Counted from the stretch's first letter, positions 9,016-18,044 are shown. The stretch: DNA of 32,000 nt from Microcystis aeruginosa NIES-2549 (GCF_000981785.2 NZ_CP011304.1:1650001-1682000); one strand, 5' to 3'. The notes: generated from the letters alone by a model not told the origin. Numbers and translations are program-made.

Positions 9016-9240
9016 ATGCTCAAACATTATGACGTGACCATCCAAGGTGATCGCATCCAATGGCTAGGGGAAAAGCCCAAAGCACAGAATATTCGCGCCA
9101 TCATTATCATTGAAGAAGAACCATCTCTCTCGACCCAAGTAAAACGCACGACCCCTGCTCATTTAATCGGTAAAGGCAAAACCTTAGGGGATATTGTCAG
9201 TCCTATCGTGGATCAAGAAGATTGGGAATGCCTAAAATGA
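9016..9240 (+). CDS. Small antitoxin-like protein paired with the PIN toxin (VapB-type role)
   Basis: 74 aa. Its stop TGA (9238-9240) overlaps the ATG (9237) of the PIN gene. The assignment rests on position and size, not on a recognised fold. Confidence 0.55.
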   Translation: MLKHYDVTIQGDRIQWLGEKPKAQNIRAIIIIEEEPSLSTQVKRTTPAHLIGKGKTLGDIVSPIVDQEDWECLK

Positions 9241-9632
9241 TCATCCTTGATACCCATATTTGGTTTTGGTATATCAATGAAAACTTTGAGCAATTTCCCC
9301 TAGAATGGAAAGCCCAGATTCAACAAGCCGATAGCGTAGGAGTATCCCCCATTTCTTGTTATGAAATGGCTTTGGCCCATCAAAAAGGTCGTTTAGCACT
9401 GGATATTCCCATCCAACAATGGCTTCTCGATGCCCTAACCCCTTCAGGCATTGAATTATTACCTTTAACTCCAGAAATTACCCTAAAAGCGGTTAATCTC
9501 TCTCCCGTTCACAAAGATCCCTTTGACCGCATCATTATTGGTACGGCTTTGGAATATAAGGCAAAACTCGCCAGTATTGATAGCTTATTTCCCAAATATC
9601 CCGAACTCAAAGATTACCTGATGTCAGCTTAG
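9237..9632 (+). CDS. vapC: PIN-domain ribonuclease toxin VapC
   Basis: MIILDTHIWFWY (first acidic residue), SCYEMA and KDPFDRIIIGTA give the PIN acidic set. ATG 9237 is preferred over the track start at 9222. Confidence 0.8.
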   Translation: MIILDTHIWFWYINENFEQFPLEWKAQIQQADSVGVSPISCYEMALAHQKGRLALDIPIQQWLLDALTPSGIELLPLTPEITLKAVNLSPVHKDPFDRIIIGTALEYKAKLASIDSLFPKYPELKDYLMSA

Positions 9633-9725
9633 AAGCCCACTCTCCGAACCCTAAATTTTTACGTCATACCCAAGGCCACAAGATCGGCGATCGCACGATA
9701 AATCTCTATAATCTGGAATATCCCC

Positions 9726-9900
9726 CCATTCCAAACCACCCTTGACATCCTCACCGCCGTAAACGGACGGTGATTCCCAAACCTCACGATTTGAGTTTCT
9801 GCTTCTTTCCCGAAGGATTTTTCGCACCTGCCTTAACAGATTTACTCTGTTCTGGTCTTATGGTCGCTCTACAGACTGACACCGCAAGCCCTGCGGCCAA
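9726..9900 (-). ncRNA. Predicted omega (right-end) RNA of TnpB; extent is a guess
   Basis: By analogy with characterised TnpB elements, the guide RNA scaffold spans the tnpB 3' end plus the right end, and reads ~16 nt into the flank. Only the right-end hairpin is actually visible here. Confidence 0.3.
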
Positions 9901-11081
9901 AATATTTTTACTGGCGTTAATATCTCGGTCATGGTGAGTCCCACAGTCTGGACAATCCCATTCTCGAACATTTAACGGCATTTTCTCAGCAATATACCCG
10001 CAATTACTACACCTTTTAGAGCTAGGAAACCATCTATCTATTTCGATGTAATTTCTGCCGTACCAACGGCATTTATAGGCTAATTGTCGGGTAATTTCTC
10101 CCCAGCTTACATCAGATATTGCCTGAGATAATTTCGGGTTTTTGACCATATTCTTGACGGCTAAATTCTCAACTACAATCGTTTGGTTTTCACGAACTAA
10201 TTGAGTGGTTAGCTTATGTAAATGGTCTTTTCTGTTATCGGTGATTCGAGCGTGAATCTTGGCTACTTTGATTCTCGCTTTTTCCCGATTCTTTGAGCCT
10301 TTCTGTTTTCGAGAAAGATTTTTTTGCGCTTTTCGCAGTCTCCGATAATGTTTCTTAAAATGCTTGGGATTAGATACTTTATCGCCGTCGCTGGTAATGA
10401 CAAGGCTACTAATTCCTAAGTCAATTCCGATGGCTTTATCTGTTACTGGTAAAGGCTTAATCGTTGGGTCATCAAATCTAATTGAAATATGCCAGCGTCC
10501 TGATGGATGTAATCTGACTGTTACCGTGCTTGGTTCACAGCTTTCTGGTATTTGTCTTGACCATCGAATAGGTAAGGGTTCTGTGCATTTGGCTAAATAG
10601 ATTTGTTTGTCTTTAAATTTAAAAGCAGATTTGGTAAATTCGGCACTTCCTCCTTGATGTTTTTTCTTAAAGTTAGGATACTTAGTACGACCAGCAAAGA
10701 AATTAGTAAAAGCTGTTTGTAAATGTCTTAACCCTTGTTGTAAGGGTACACAGCTTACCTCATTGAGAAAGTCTAATTCTTCTTGCTTTTTCCACTCGGT
10801 CAACATTGAAGAAGTTTCAGTATATCCTACTCTTTCTTGTCTTTCGTACCATGCTTGTGTTCTGACATGGAGAGCTTTATTGTAAACCAATCTTACACAG
10901 CCCAAAGTGCGCCGCAATAGCGACTCTTGTTCGGGTGTTGGGTAAAATCGGTAAGAATAGGCTTTTTCCATGTCTCACATTCTAACACATATTTTGTAAA
11001 CGATGCTCATATTTGACAGTAAAGCCGCCGTAAAACGGCAGGGTTTCAGACCCAAATTTTTCAATGAAAATAATTTTGTAA
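9742..11081 (-). mobile_element. IS200/IS605-family element carrying tnpB only (no tnpA); ends approximate
   Basis: Related subterminal hairpins flank tnpB. On the minus strand the left end reads ctgccgttttacggcgg (plus 11025-11042) and the right end caccgtccgtttacggcggtg (plus 9752-9772). A TTAC lies outside the left end (plus 11078-11081). A TCAA lies 6 nt past the right-end hairpin (plus 9742-9745). Confidence 0.6.
9784..10971 (-). CDS. tnpB: RNA-guided endonuclease TnpB (IS200/IS605 OrfB)
   Basis: 395 aa. N-terminal KAYSYRFYPTPEQ; RuvC I IGIDLGISS; RuvC II IVVENLAVKNM; zinc ribbon CSNCG...CPDCG; RuvC III HDRDINASKNI. The catalytic D/E/D residues are all present. Confidence 0.9.
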   Translation of the reverse strand: MEKAYSYRFYPTPEQESLLRRTLGCVRLVYNKALHVRTQAWYERQERVGYTETSSMLTEWKKQEELDFLNEVSCVPLQQGLRHLQTAFTNFFAGRTKYPNFKKKHQGGSAEFTKSAFKFKDKQIYLAKCTEPLPIRWSRQIPESCEPSTVTVRLHPSGRWHISIRFDDPTIKPLPVTDKAIGIDLGISSLVITSDGDKVSNPKHFKKHYRRLRKAQKNLSRKQKGSKNREKARIKVAKIHARITDNRKDHLHKLTTQLVRENQTIVVENLAVKNMVKNPKLSQAISDVSWGEITRQLAYKCRWYGRNYIEIDRWFPSSKRCSNCGYIAEKMPLNVREWDCPDCGTHHDRDINASKNILAAGLAVSVCRATIRPEQSKSVKAGAKNPSGKKQKLKS

Positions 11082-11140
11082 CCGTTCAGGGGGGGGGTTC
11101 AAGCGACCAGTGGCATTGACTCTGTGGGCAAAAATTGCTA

Positions 11141-12457
11141 TTAACTACCCGGAGGGGGAATTACAGGAATTTCGATCCCGTCCGGCGCTAAGGGGGGAGG
11201 TGTGGGGGTTGGTTCTGGCTGGTCAACAGGTTCAGGTGTACTAACTAAGGGAATATTTTCCAGCACGGGAAGACGGGGAGTAATGGGTTGGGAAAACATC
11301 GCTTGAATTGCCGCTTTTCTGGTTTCTGGAGGTTCCAAAGCTTGCTGCCAGAGACTTTCATAAAAGAAGAAAATCACCCCTAAACCCCGTTGACGAGCAG
11401 CCAACACCTTTTCTTCAATAAAGGGTAGGGCAATCGGTCGATTGCGTAAACCGGTCAAAACTCCCACACCGGTGGGGATAGTTTGCTGGGTTTCCTGAAT
11501 TTCGGGACGCTCTATTTGTTTGAGAAAACTGGGCAGATCGGGACGATAAACCTGTACAATTAACTCGTCGACTAATCCTTGCCGCACCCAACCGAGCCAA
11601 TCCTGTAAATGACCATTATAGGCGAATTCGTAGGGATTAGGGGCGATCGAAAGCAGTATATTCGGTTTAATTGCCTGAATTGATTCTTTGAGATTAGCCA
11701 GAAAAGCAGTGATTTTATCGGCCCGCCATTTTGTCCATTCGGGATCCCGGGGGTTAGCCGGAGGCGTTTTTTCGGTTTCCTGTTGATAAAGGGCGATAGT
11801 ATAGGGATCATAGCCGAATTCGTTGGGTAAACTCAGATGATCGTCGAATTGGATGCCGTTAATATCGTATTGTCCCACCACTTCCAAGACTAATTCCCGC
11901 AGAAAATTCTGCACCTCGGGACGGAAGGGATTCAACCACACCACCTCACCGGCTGCCCCCACCCAAGTAGTCCCTCCGTCGCGTTTTTGGGTTAACCAGT
12001 CCTGATGTTTTAAGGCTAATTCTGAGGTGGGAGGGGCCATAAATCCGAATTCAAACCAAGGAATGACTAATAATCCCCTTCCACGGGTTTGTTCCACCAA
12101 TTCTGCCAAGATATCTTGTCCCTGCGCTCCCGTAGGCACAAAAGGCTGTATTCCTTCCCGTTGAGCGATCGCACTGGGATAGAGAGCATAACCGGAATTC
12201 CAAACCACGGGATAGATAGCATTAAAATTAAGATTAACTAATTGCTCGATCGCCTGTTGTCGTTTATCCCTGTCCATCAGCATCGCAGTATCGTTGGTGG
12301 TAATCCAAACACCGCGGATATCGCCATCCCGACTTTGAGAGAAAGCAGCAGAAAAATAGCCTAATAGTAGGACTATTAGAAAAGATGCTAAAAATAGTAG
12401 TATGGGGAGCTTTTTAAGAATTTGCCGCCAAATGCTGGTCGGAATTAGAAAAGTCAT
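11141..12457 (-). CDS. Glycoside hydrolase-like family 10 (DUF187/YngK-like) secreted protein
   Basis: 438 aa. N-terminal TM/signal segment, RGVWITT...LNFNAIYPVVWNSGYALYPS, WFEFGF, a DDH motif (IQFDDHLS), and a Pro-rich C-terminal tail. Confidence 0.7.
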   Translation of the reverse strand: MTFLIPTSIWRQILKKLPILLFLASFLIVLLLGYFSAAFSQSRDGDIRGVWITTNDTAMLMDRDKRQQAIEQLVNLNFNAIYPVVWNSGYALYPSAIAQREGIQPFVPTGAQGQDILAELVEQTRGRGLLVIPWFEFGFMAPPTSELALKHQDWLTQKRDGGTTWVGAAGEVVWLNPFRPEVQNFLRELVLEVVGQYDINGIQFDDHLSLPNEFGYDPYTIALYQQETEKTPPANPRDPEWTKWRADKITAFLANLKESIQAIKPNILLSIAPNPYEFAYNGHLQDWLGWVRQGLVDELIVQVYRPDLPSFLKQIERPEIQETQQTIPTGVGVLTGLRNRPIALPFIEEKVLAARQRGLGVIFFFYESLWQQALEPPETRKAAIQAMFSQPITPRLPVLENIPLVSTPEPVDQPEPTPTPPPLAPDGIEIPVIPPPGS

Positions 12458-12550
12458 TTCGTTAAAGGTGAAGATTAACGCTTTTAACTGGTTATGATAA
12501 CAGCTTTGCTCAACTCTTTCAGGCTAGATTGACCCAAAATATATATTTAC

Positions 12551-14128
12551 CTATTTCTTCACTTGCGACAATTGACCTTGAGGATAGAAATAATCAAGAC
12601 GAATATCGAATTGATCTAGGGCCAGTAATAACCGATTGGAAGGACGAAAAAGAAATAAGTTGGTCCGGGGAATTTCTAGGACTTCTTTTAACTTATCGGT
12701 ATCGGGGTTAGTGGTAGTCAGGAAGTATTGTACATCAGAATTAAGACGATAATTAAGGGAAAGCAAATCACCTAAGTTAGTCCAGTCATTACCTTCGTCG
12801 CTGATAATAATGGCATTGGGTACAGCATTGATTTTTCTGGCAACTTCTCCATTCCAATAACTAGGAACTTTTGCCCAACTGGTTTCGGAAAGAGCATTAT
12901 TAAAGTTCGATATTATACTAGCATTTAACAAAAAAATCAAGATAATTTTACCGAAAATTCTACCTTGATTAAGCAATTGTGACAAGAAAAAAGCCACAGT
13001 TATATAGATAGTGGGAAAGGATGCAATTAGATAACGGGTGACAGTTGATCTAGTGGTAGTCAAAATTAGATCGGGAATGACTAAAGCTAGGAAAGGTCCT
13101 AGGGTTGAGGTAATCAGAAAAGTAAAATCTATGGGGTTATTGTAGCGATAAACTCGATAAAAAGCATAGATAGTTAAGATTAAAAAAATTAGTCTATATA
13201 TATAGGTGAAGATGTTATTAAAACCAAAATCGCTATCGCTAAATGGAGAAGTAAAAGTTAAGAGCCATAATTTACCGAACAATCCCCAATCGAGATAGTT
13301 AACGGCAGCCCAACTGGTGGAGTTAAAGGCCCTTTGAGAGTTAGTTAAAAAAAACCGTAACCAGGGTATATATAAAATTATCATTGTTAACCCAGATAAC
13401 AGGAAAAATATCAAGTTATTTTTTCGCTCTGGTTTCATAACAAGATACCAAAGTATAAAGGCTGCTTGAGCAAATAAGTTGAGAATAAAAAAGAGATGGG
13501 TGTAGAGTCCGAGAGTATTAGAGAAGGTGTATAAAGACCAATTAACAAGAGTTCTTTTTTTGAGGCATTTTAACAGCATTAATTGACTGATTATCGTTAA
13601 CAAAACTAAAAGACTATACTGACGAGACATTTGAGCAAATATTATATCAATTGGAGACAGTGCCAAGAAAATTACTGCTAAAACTGCCGTTAACTTTGAC
13701 GCAAATAATTCTAGAGATAGATAGTAAATAAATGGCAGGGAGAGAAGACTAAAAACAATCGCTAAACTGCGGGAAGAAACGGGAGAAAAACCGAATATTT
13801 TTTCCCAATAGCGAGAGATAATAAAGTATAAAGGTGGGTGCTGAGGGTCTTCTTTAGCGAGAGATTGAATCGTATCAAAAACATTACTTTCGGGTTTAAG
13901 TTGTTGAAATTTTCCTAATTCTGTGGTAGATAAAAGACGATTTTGAAAGATAGTATCAGCGATTTCCTTTGCTTGATAACCAGTGGTTCTAATCGTGGTG
14001 TAGGATTCATCATGCCAATAGATTTTTTTATCGATATTTGCCAAACGAAAAACCACACCGAGAGTTAGGATAATTGCCAAAAGTATTAAGAGCCAATTGT
14101 TTTTTTTATAATTAATAGTTGCTTTCAT
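12551..14128 (-). CDS. Glycosyltransferase family 39 (ArnT/PMT-like) membrane protein
   Basis: Polytopic membrane protein with YWHDESYT and DPQHPPLYF near the N-terminus. ATG 14128 (MKATINYKK) is preferred, because the track start at 14215 would overlap dnaB by 86 nt. Confidence 0.7.
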   Translation of the reverse strand: MKATINYKKNNWLLILLAIILTLGVVFRLANIDKKIYWHDESYTTIRTTGYQAKEIADTIFQNRLLSTTELGKFQQLKPESNVFDTIQSLAKEDPQHPPLYFIISRYWEKIFGFSPVSSRSLAIVFSLLSLPFIYYLSLELFASKLTAVLAVIFLALSPIDIIFAQMSRQYSLLVLLTIISQLMLLKCLKKRTLVNWSLYTFSNTLGLYTHLFFILNLFAQAAFILWYLVMKPERKNNLIFFLLSGLTMIILYIPWLRFFLTNSQRAFNSTSWAAVNYLDWGLFGKLWLLTFTSPFSDSDFGFNNIFTYIYRLIFLILTIYAFYRVYRYNNPIDFTFLITSTLGPFLALVIPDLILTTTRSTVTRYLIASFPTIYITVAFFLSQLLNQGRIFGKIILIFLLNASIISNFNNALSETSWAKVPSYWNGEVARKINAVPNAIIISDEGNDWTNLGDLLSLNYRLNSDVQYFLTTTNPDTDKLKEVLEIPRTNLFLFRPSNRLLLALDQFDIRLDYFYPQGQLSQVKK

Positions 14129-14129
14129 T

Positions 14130-16787
14130 TTAATAATTAGAGCGACTTTGTTTAAGATTAAGAAACTTGGTAAATTCCGGTTGAAAAAGTAGCTTAATCG
14201 TGCCAGTGGGACCATTACGGTGTTTAGTAATAATTACTTCGGCCACACCTCGATCGGGACTATCGGGGTTATAATATTCATCTCGGTATAACATCATAAT
14301 TAAATCCGCATCCTGTTCGATACTATTATGGACGATGATATTATTGGCAATAAAGTTATGCAGTTTATCTACTGTTAAATCATACACTTCTGTCTCTCCA
14401 TCCGCTTGAATTGCCATAACTTCATCCCAGTAAATATCACTATCCGCTAAGTGCTGTATTTGGGAACATTCAAGAATGTCTCCTAATTTATTGGCTCTTT
14501 CTCGACTTAAGTTTGATTTGTATAAACTTGTCCCACAATATTGATTACCCAGTGCAGCTTGCATTTGTCGTGTAGTTAAACCACTTTGTTCCATAGCGGG
14601 TACAGCATATAGTCGCCAGATATCATTAGGAATGATATCCTTATTAGGATTAGCTTGGTGATTTTGAAGATAAGTAGTTATTTCTTGTAAAGACTGGGTT
14701 TTATAGCTGCCAACAGCACCGATAATCTCAGTAAATTTCTTCAAGTCTGATTTACCTGTTATTGTAACATGGTATTGATCTCGTCCTTTTCCTGTTTGTG
14801 AGTGTTTCGATAGCTTTCCATTAATTTCTACTCTTAGTAAAAGCGATTGTACATCCTGAGCTAATCTTAAGCTACTGCTAGAATAATAAGCCATAGGACG
14901 AGGTGATTTTCCTTGAACCAATTTAAGGGAACCATCGGTACTCCAAAGATGACGTAAAAATAAGGCTATTGCTGATTGAGTTTGCTCAAAAACTTGAGGA
15001 GGAATGAATTTTTCATAGGAACGTAACCCCCAAATTTCTAGACGTTCTAACCATTGAGAAATAGGATTTTTAATATTATGAGTTAAGGGATAATTCGCTG
15101 TTAAATAAACCTGATACCATTGATGTTCAGGACTAATTCGAGGCTTAATTCGATTATCAAATACTTGTATCGCTAAAGAAGCAACTAAATTGGCTAAATC
15201 TAACTCTTTAGTCGTATATTGAACACTATGACGTGGTAAGGTACATCCATCACCAATTAGATGACCTAATAAGGCTAATTCAGTATTACTCATAGTTTGT
15301 AATTGCGAACTAGGTAAAAAGCGAGGTAAAGCGATATAATTACCAATATTTAATTCATCTAATCTTTGCCAACCGTGGACAGTCAAAAATTGATGATTGG
15401 CTGTAGCTCTAATCGTGCGACCTAAACGAGTTGTTAATCGAAAAACTGGCTTAAATCCTGTGGAAAAGACCTTAGTTACCAGTGCTTTTTCTAATTTCAT
15501 TGTTTCCTCATTAAGAGCAAAAACCGTAAAATTAGAGCAATTCACTAACTGACGAATTGGCACTTTAGCACGAGGATCAGCTAACTCAACTAAACTATCA
15601 CCCGCTAAACATCCCGACTCGCGTAAATCGGACATCATCGGTCTTTTATTATTGCGAGATTCCACAGCACGACTTAACTGAGAAAGAGCAATTACCGGAG
15701 CATGAATTTCTCTCGCTAAACCCTTAAGACTGCGGGTAATTTTAGAAATTTCCTGAACGCGATTATCACCTCCCCCTTCCATTAATTGCAGATAATCGAT
15801 TAAAACTAATCCCATTTGTCCCTTTTTTTCTGCCTGTAAACGCCGCACTTGGGAACGCATTTGAATTACACTTAAATTGGCACTGTCATCGATATATATG
15901 GGCAAATTTAATAACTTTTCTAGTCCCCCAAGAACCTTCTCTAAATCATTTTGTCCCAAACGGCCAGAGCGAATCCGATTACTTTCAATTTTAGCCTCAT
16001 TCGATAACAAACGTTGGGCTAATTGTTCCTTAGACATCTCCAAACTAAAGACAGCCACAGGTAAATTCTGTTGAGCGATATTATAGGCAATATTAAGAGC
16101 AAAAGAAGTTTTTCCCATGGAAGGCCTACCCGCGATAATAACTAAATCCGAGGGTTGTAAACCACTGGTCATCGCATCGAGATCATAAAATTGAGTTTCG
16201 ATACCGGGTAGAGTGGTCGTCTCCTGCATTTTCTCAATTTCGTTAAAAGTTTCGATTAAAGTATCCCCCAGAAAAATTAAACCCTCCTGGGGTCGTTTTT
16301 GGGTGAGACGAAAAATCTTTTGTTCCGATTCATCGAAAACATTTTCTAATTCTAGCGTCGTATCCCTGGCTAACTCGATAATTTCTCCCCCGGTGGAAAT
16401 TAACTGACGACGCATATATTTATCCATCACTAATTCAGCATAGCGATCGATGTTGGCAGCCGAGACAGTGCGCTCAATTAATTGTAACAATCGCGGCATC
16501 CCCCCGATTTCTTCCAGCAGATGATTATCTTGTAACCAACTGCTAACCGTCATTAAATCCGTCGGTTTTCCTTTCCCTTGTAAAGCAAGTGCCGCACGAT
16601 AAATATCTTGATGGGTTTTCACATAGAAAGCTTCTGGAATTAAAAAATCACTGATTCTACCTAAAGCTTTTGGATCTAGTAAAATGCCACCTAAGATAGA
16701 TTCTTCCGCTTCAATATTTTGGGGGGGGAGGGATTGATCGCTAATCATTGTTAATGCTGACCGTGCTTTATCATTAATTATAGTCAT
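14130..16787 (-). CDS. dnaB: Replicative DNA helicase DnaB, interrupted by an in-frame intein
   Basis: 885 aa. N-terminal PPQNIEAEESILGGILLD, Walker A AGRPSMGKTSFAL, Walker B LVLIDYLQLM, then an insertion, then C-extein SIEQDADLIMMLYRDEYY. Confidence 0.95.
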   Translation of the reverse strand: MTIINDKARSALTMISDQSLPPQNIEAEESILGGILLDPKALGRISDFLIPEAFYVKTHQDIYRAALALQGKGKPTDLMTVSSWLQDNHLLEEIGGMPRLLQLIERTVSAANIDRYAELVMDKYMRRQLISTGGEIIELARDTTLELENVFDESEQKIFRLTQKRPQEGLIFLGDTLIETFNEIEKMQETTTLPGIETQFYDLDAMTSGLQPSDLVIIAGRPSMGKTSFALNIAYNIAQQNLPVAVFSLEMSKEQLAQRLLSNEAKIESNRIRSGRLGQNDLEKVLGGLEKLLNLPIYIDDSANLSVIQMRSQVRRLQAEKKGQMGLVLIDYLQLMEGGGDNRVQEISKITRSLKGLAREIHAPVIALSQLSRAVESRNNKRPMMSDLRESGCLAGDSLVELADPRAKVPIRQLVNCSNFTVFALNEETMKLEKALVTKVFSTGFKPVFRLTTRLGRTIRATANHQFLTVHGWQRLDELNIGNYIALPRFLPSSQLQTMSNTELALLGHLIGDGCTLPRHSVQYTTKELDLANLVASLAIQVFDNRIKPRISPEHQWYQVYLTANYPLTHNIKNPISQWLERLEIWGLRSYEKFIPPQVFEQTQSAIALFLRHLWSTDGSLKLVQGKSPRPMAYYSSSSLRLAQDVQSLLLRVEINGKLSKHSQTGKGRDQYHVTITGKSDLKKFTEIIGAVGSYKTQSLQEITTYLQNHQANPNKDIIPNDIWRLYAVPAMEQSGLTTRQMQAALGNQYCGTSLYKSNLSRERANKLGDILECSQIQHLADSDIYWDEVMAIQADGETEVYDLTVDKLHNFIANNIIVHNSIEQDADLIMMLYRDEYYNPDSPDRGVAEVIITKHRNGPTGTIKLLFQPEFTKFLNLKQSRSNY
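14325..15611 (-). mobile_element. DnaB intein (429 aa) with a LAGLIDADG homing-endonuclease domain
   Basis: Begins at Cys393 (RESG|CLAGDSLV) and ends IVHN|S (residue 821). Both boundary codons were checked on the DNA (tgt at 15611-15609, aat at 14327-14325). Two LAGLIDADG-type blocks are present: LLGHLIGDGC and FLRHLWSTDGSL. Confidence 0.9.
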
Positions 16788-16828
16788 TCACCCTAATTAA
16801 ATACAAATGTTCAGGTTAATGATAGGAT

Positions 16829-16938
16829 TCAGGAGTCAGGAGACAGTATTCAGGAGATTGTTTTTATTTATTCTCCCCACATCCCACACCCCACTTCCCC
16901 ACATCCCCACTTCCCCACTTCCCCACACCCCACACCCC
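16829..16938. repeat. Tripartite intergenic repeat (TCAGGAG heptamers, AT spacer, long CCCCACW run); homologue of 758-845
   Basis: tcaggag tcaggag acagtat tcaggag, then attgtttttatttattct, then ccccacatcccacaccccacttccccacatccccacttccccacttccccacaccccacacccc. It lies in the dnaB/cobM divergent spacer. Confidence 0.75.
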
Positions 16939-16956
16939 TTGTAAACAGGATTTAGT

Positions 16957-17745
16957 ATGACTTTAATGGACTCCTCTGCGCTCTCCCCGGCCGTTTACTT
17001 TATTGGTGCAGGACCCGGAGATCCGGAATTATTGACGGTAAAAGCCTATAAAATTCTCCAAAAAGCCGATGTCATCCTCTTTGCTGATTCCCTCGTCCCC
17101 CAACAGATTCTTGAGGACACTCCTAAAGATGCCGAGTTAATTCCCACCAGTAGCATCACCCTAGAAGAAATTATCCCTTTAATGATCGATCGCGTGCGTC
17201 AGGGTTTAGCGGTGGTGCGACTGCAATCGGGGGATTTAAGTCTCTATAGTGCCATCCAAGAGCAAATTGAGCTTTTGACAGCAGCAGATATCCCCTTTCA
17301 GCTAATCCCCGGAATTAGTGCCTTTCAAGGATTAGCGGCCAAATTGGCCCTAGAATTAACGATTCCCGAATTAGTCCAGACAATTATTCTCACCCGGGTG
17401 GAAGGAAAAGCATCTCATATACCAGAAAGTGAAGAATTAGCCTCTTTAGCCGCCCATAAAGCCAGTTTATGCCTATATTTAGCCGCCCGTCACATTGACA
17501 AAGCCCAGGAAAAACTCCTACGATACTACCAGCCAGAGCAACAGGTGGCCATTTGTTTCCGTCTCGGTTGGCCCGACGAAAAAATCTGGGTTGTCCCCCT
17601 GTCAGAAATGGCCCAATTAACCCATCGGGAAAATTTAACTAGAACTACCCTTTATCTAATTAGTCCCGCTTTAAACCAGATTACAGGAACTCGATCGCAA
17701 CTTTATCACCCGCAACATTCCCATCTTTTCCGTCCTCATTCTTAG
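16957..17745 (+). CDS. cobM: Precorrin-4 C11-methyltransferase
   Basis: 262 aa. YFIGAGPGDPELLTVKA, ADVILFADSLVP and VRLQSGDLSLYSA fit the tetrapyrrole methylase family with CobM/CbiF length and layout. Confidence 0.88.
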   Translation: MTLMDSSALSPAVYFIGAGPGDPELLTVKAYKILQKADVILFADSLVPQQILEDTPKDAELIPTSSITLEEIIPLMIDRVRQGLAVVRLQSGDLSLYSAIQEQIELLTAADIPFQLIPGISAFQGLAAKLALELTIPELVQTIILTRVEGKASHIPESEELASLAAHKASLCLYLAARHIDKAQEKLLRYYQPEQQVAICFRLGWPDEKIWVVPLSEMAQLTHRENLTRTTLYLISPALNQITGTRSQLYHPQHSHLFRPHS

Positions 17746-17879
17746 GTATTTTCCAGGAAATGTACCGAAAGAAACACTGGGTTTCTACCTAAAGATAGAT
17801 TTAAAGAGCGGCGATTTTGTTTAGGATTATTTCAGGAGGTGGGACAATTTTAAAGCTTTTAAAATCCTGCTAACAATCC

Positions 17880-18044
17880 ATGCACAGCTGCCCTATATGT
17901 TCGGGAATTACCCTTCGTCACCTTGTGGCTAGTCGTGCCTACTGGTATTGTCCTCACTGTCGTCAGGAGGTTCCTAACTTCCTTGATTGCTCCAGTCCTG
18001 CCAAGGTAAAGGTAGAGCGAGTTGGAGCGCAAAAAACAGTCTAG
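17880..18044 (+). CDS. Hypothetical 54-aa zinc-ribbon protein
   Basis: Hand-found ORF: MHSCPICSGITLRHLVASRAYWYCPHCRQEVPNFLDCSSPAKVKVERVGAQKTV. The CPxC-x18-CPxC pairing is the only support. Confidence 0.35.
   Translation: MHSCPICSGITLRHLVASRAYWYCPHCRQEVPNFLDCSSPAKVKVERVGAQKTV

Noticed and set aside
14129-14215. Upstream extension of the GT39 ORF into dnaB
   Set aside because: It would overlap the conserved dnaB C-terminus by 86 nt. ATG 14128 sits 1 nt after the dnaB stop and precedes the first TM helix.
15877-16407. Plus-strand ORFs inside dnaB (15877..16074, 16213..16407), and similar ones inside tnpB, the GH-like gene, the photolyase gene, the ADH gene, mntP and the clpC-like gene
   Set aside because: They are antisense to well-supported genes and carry no motifs.
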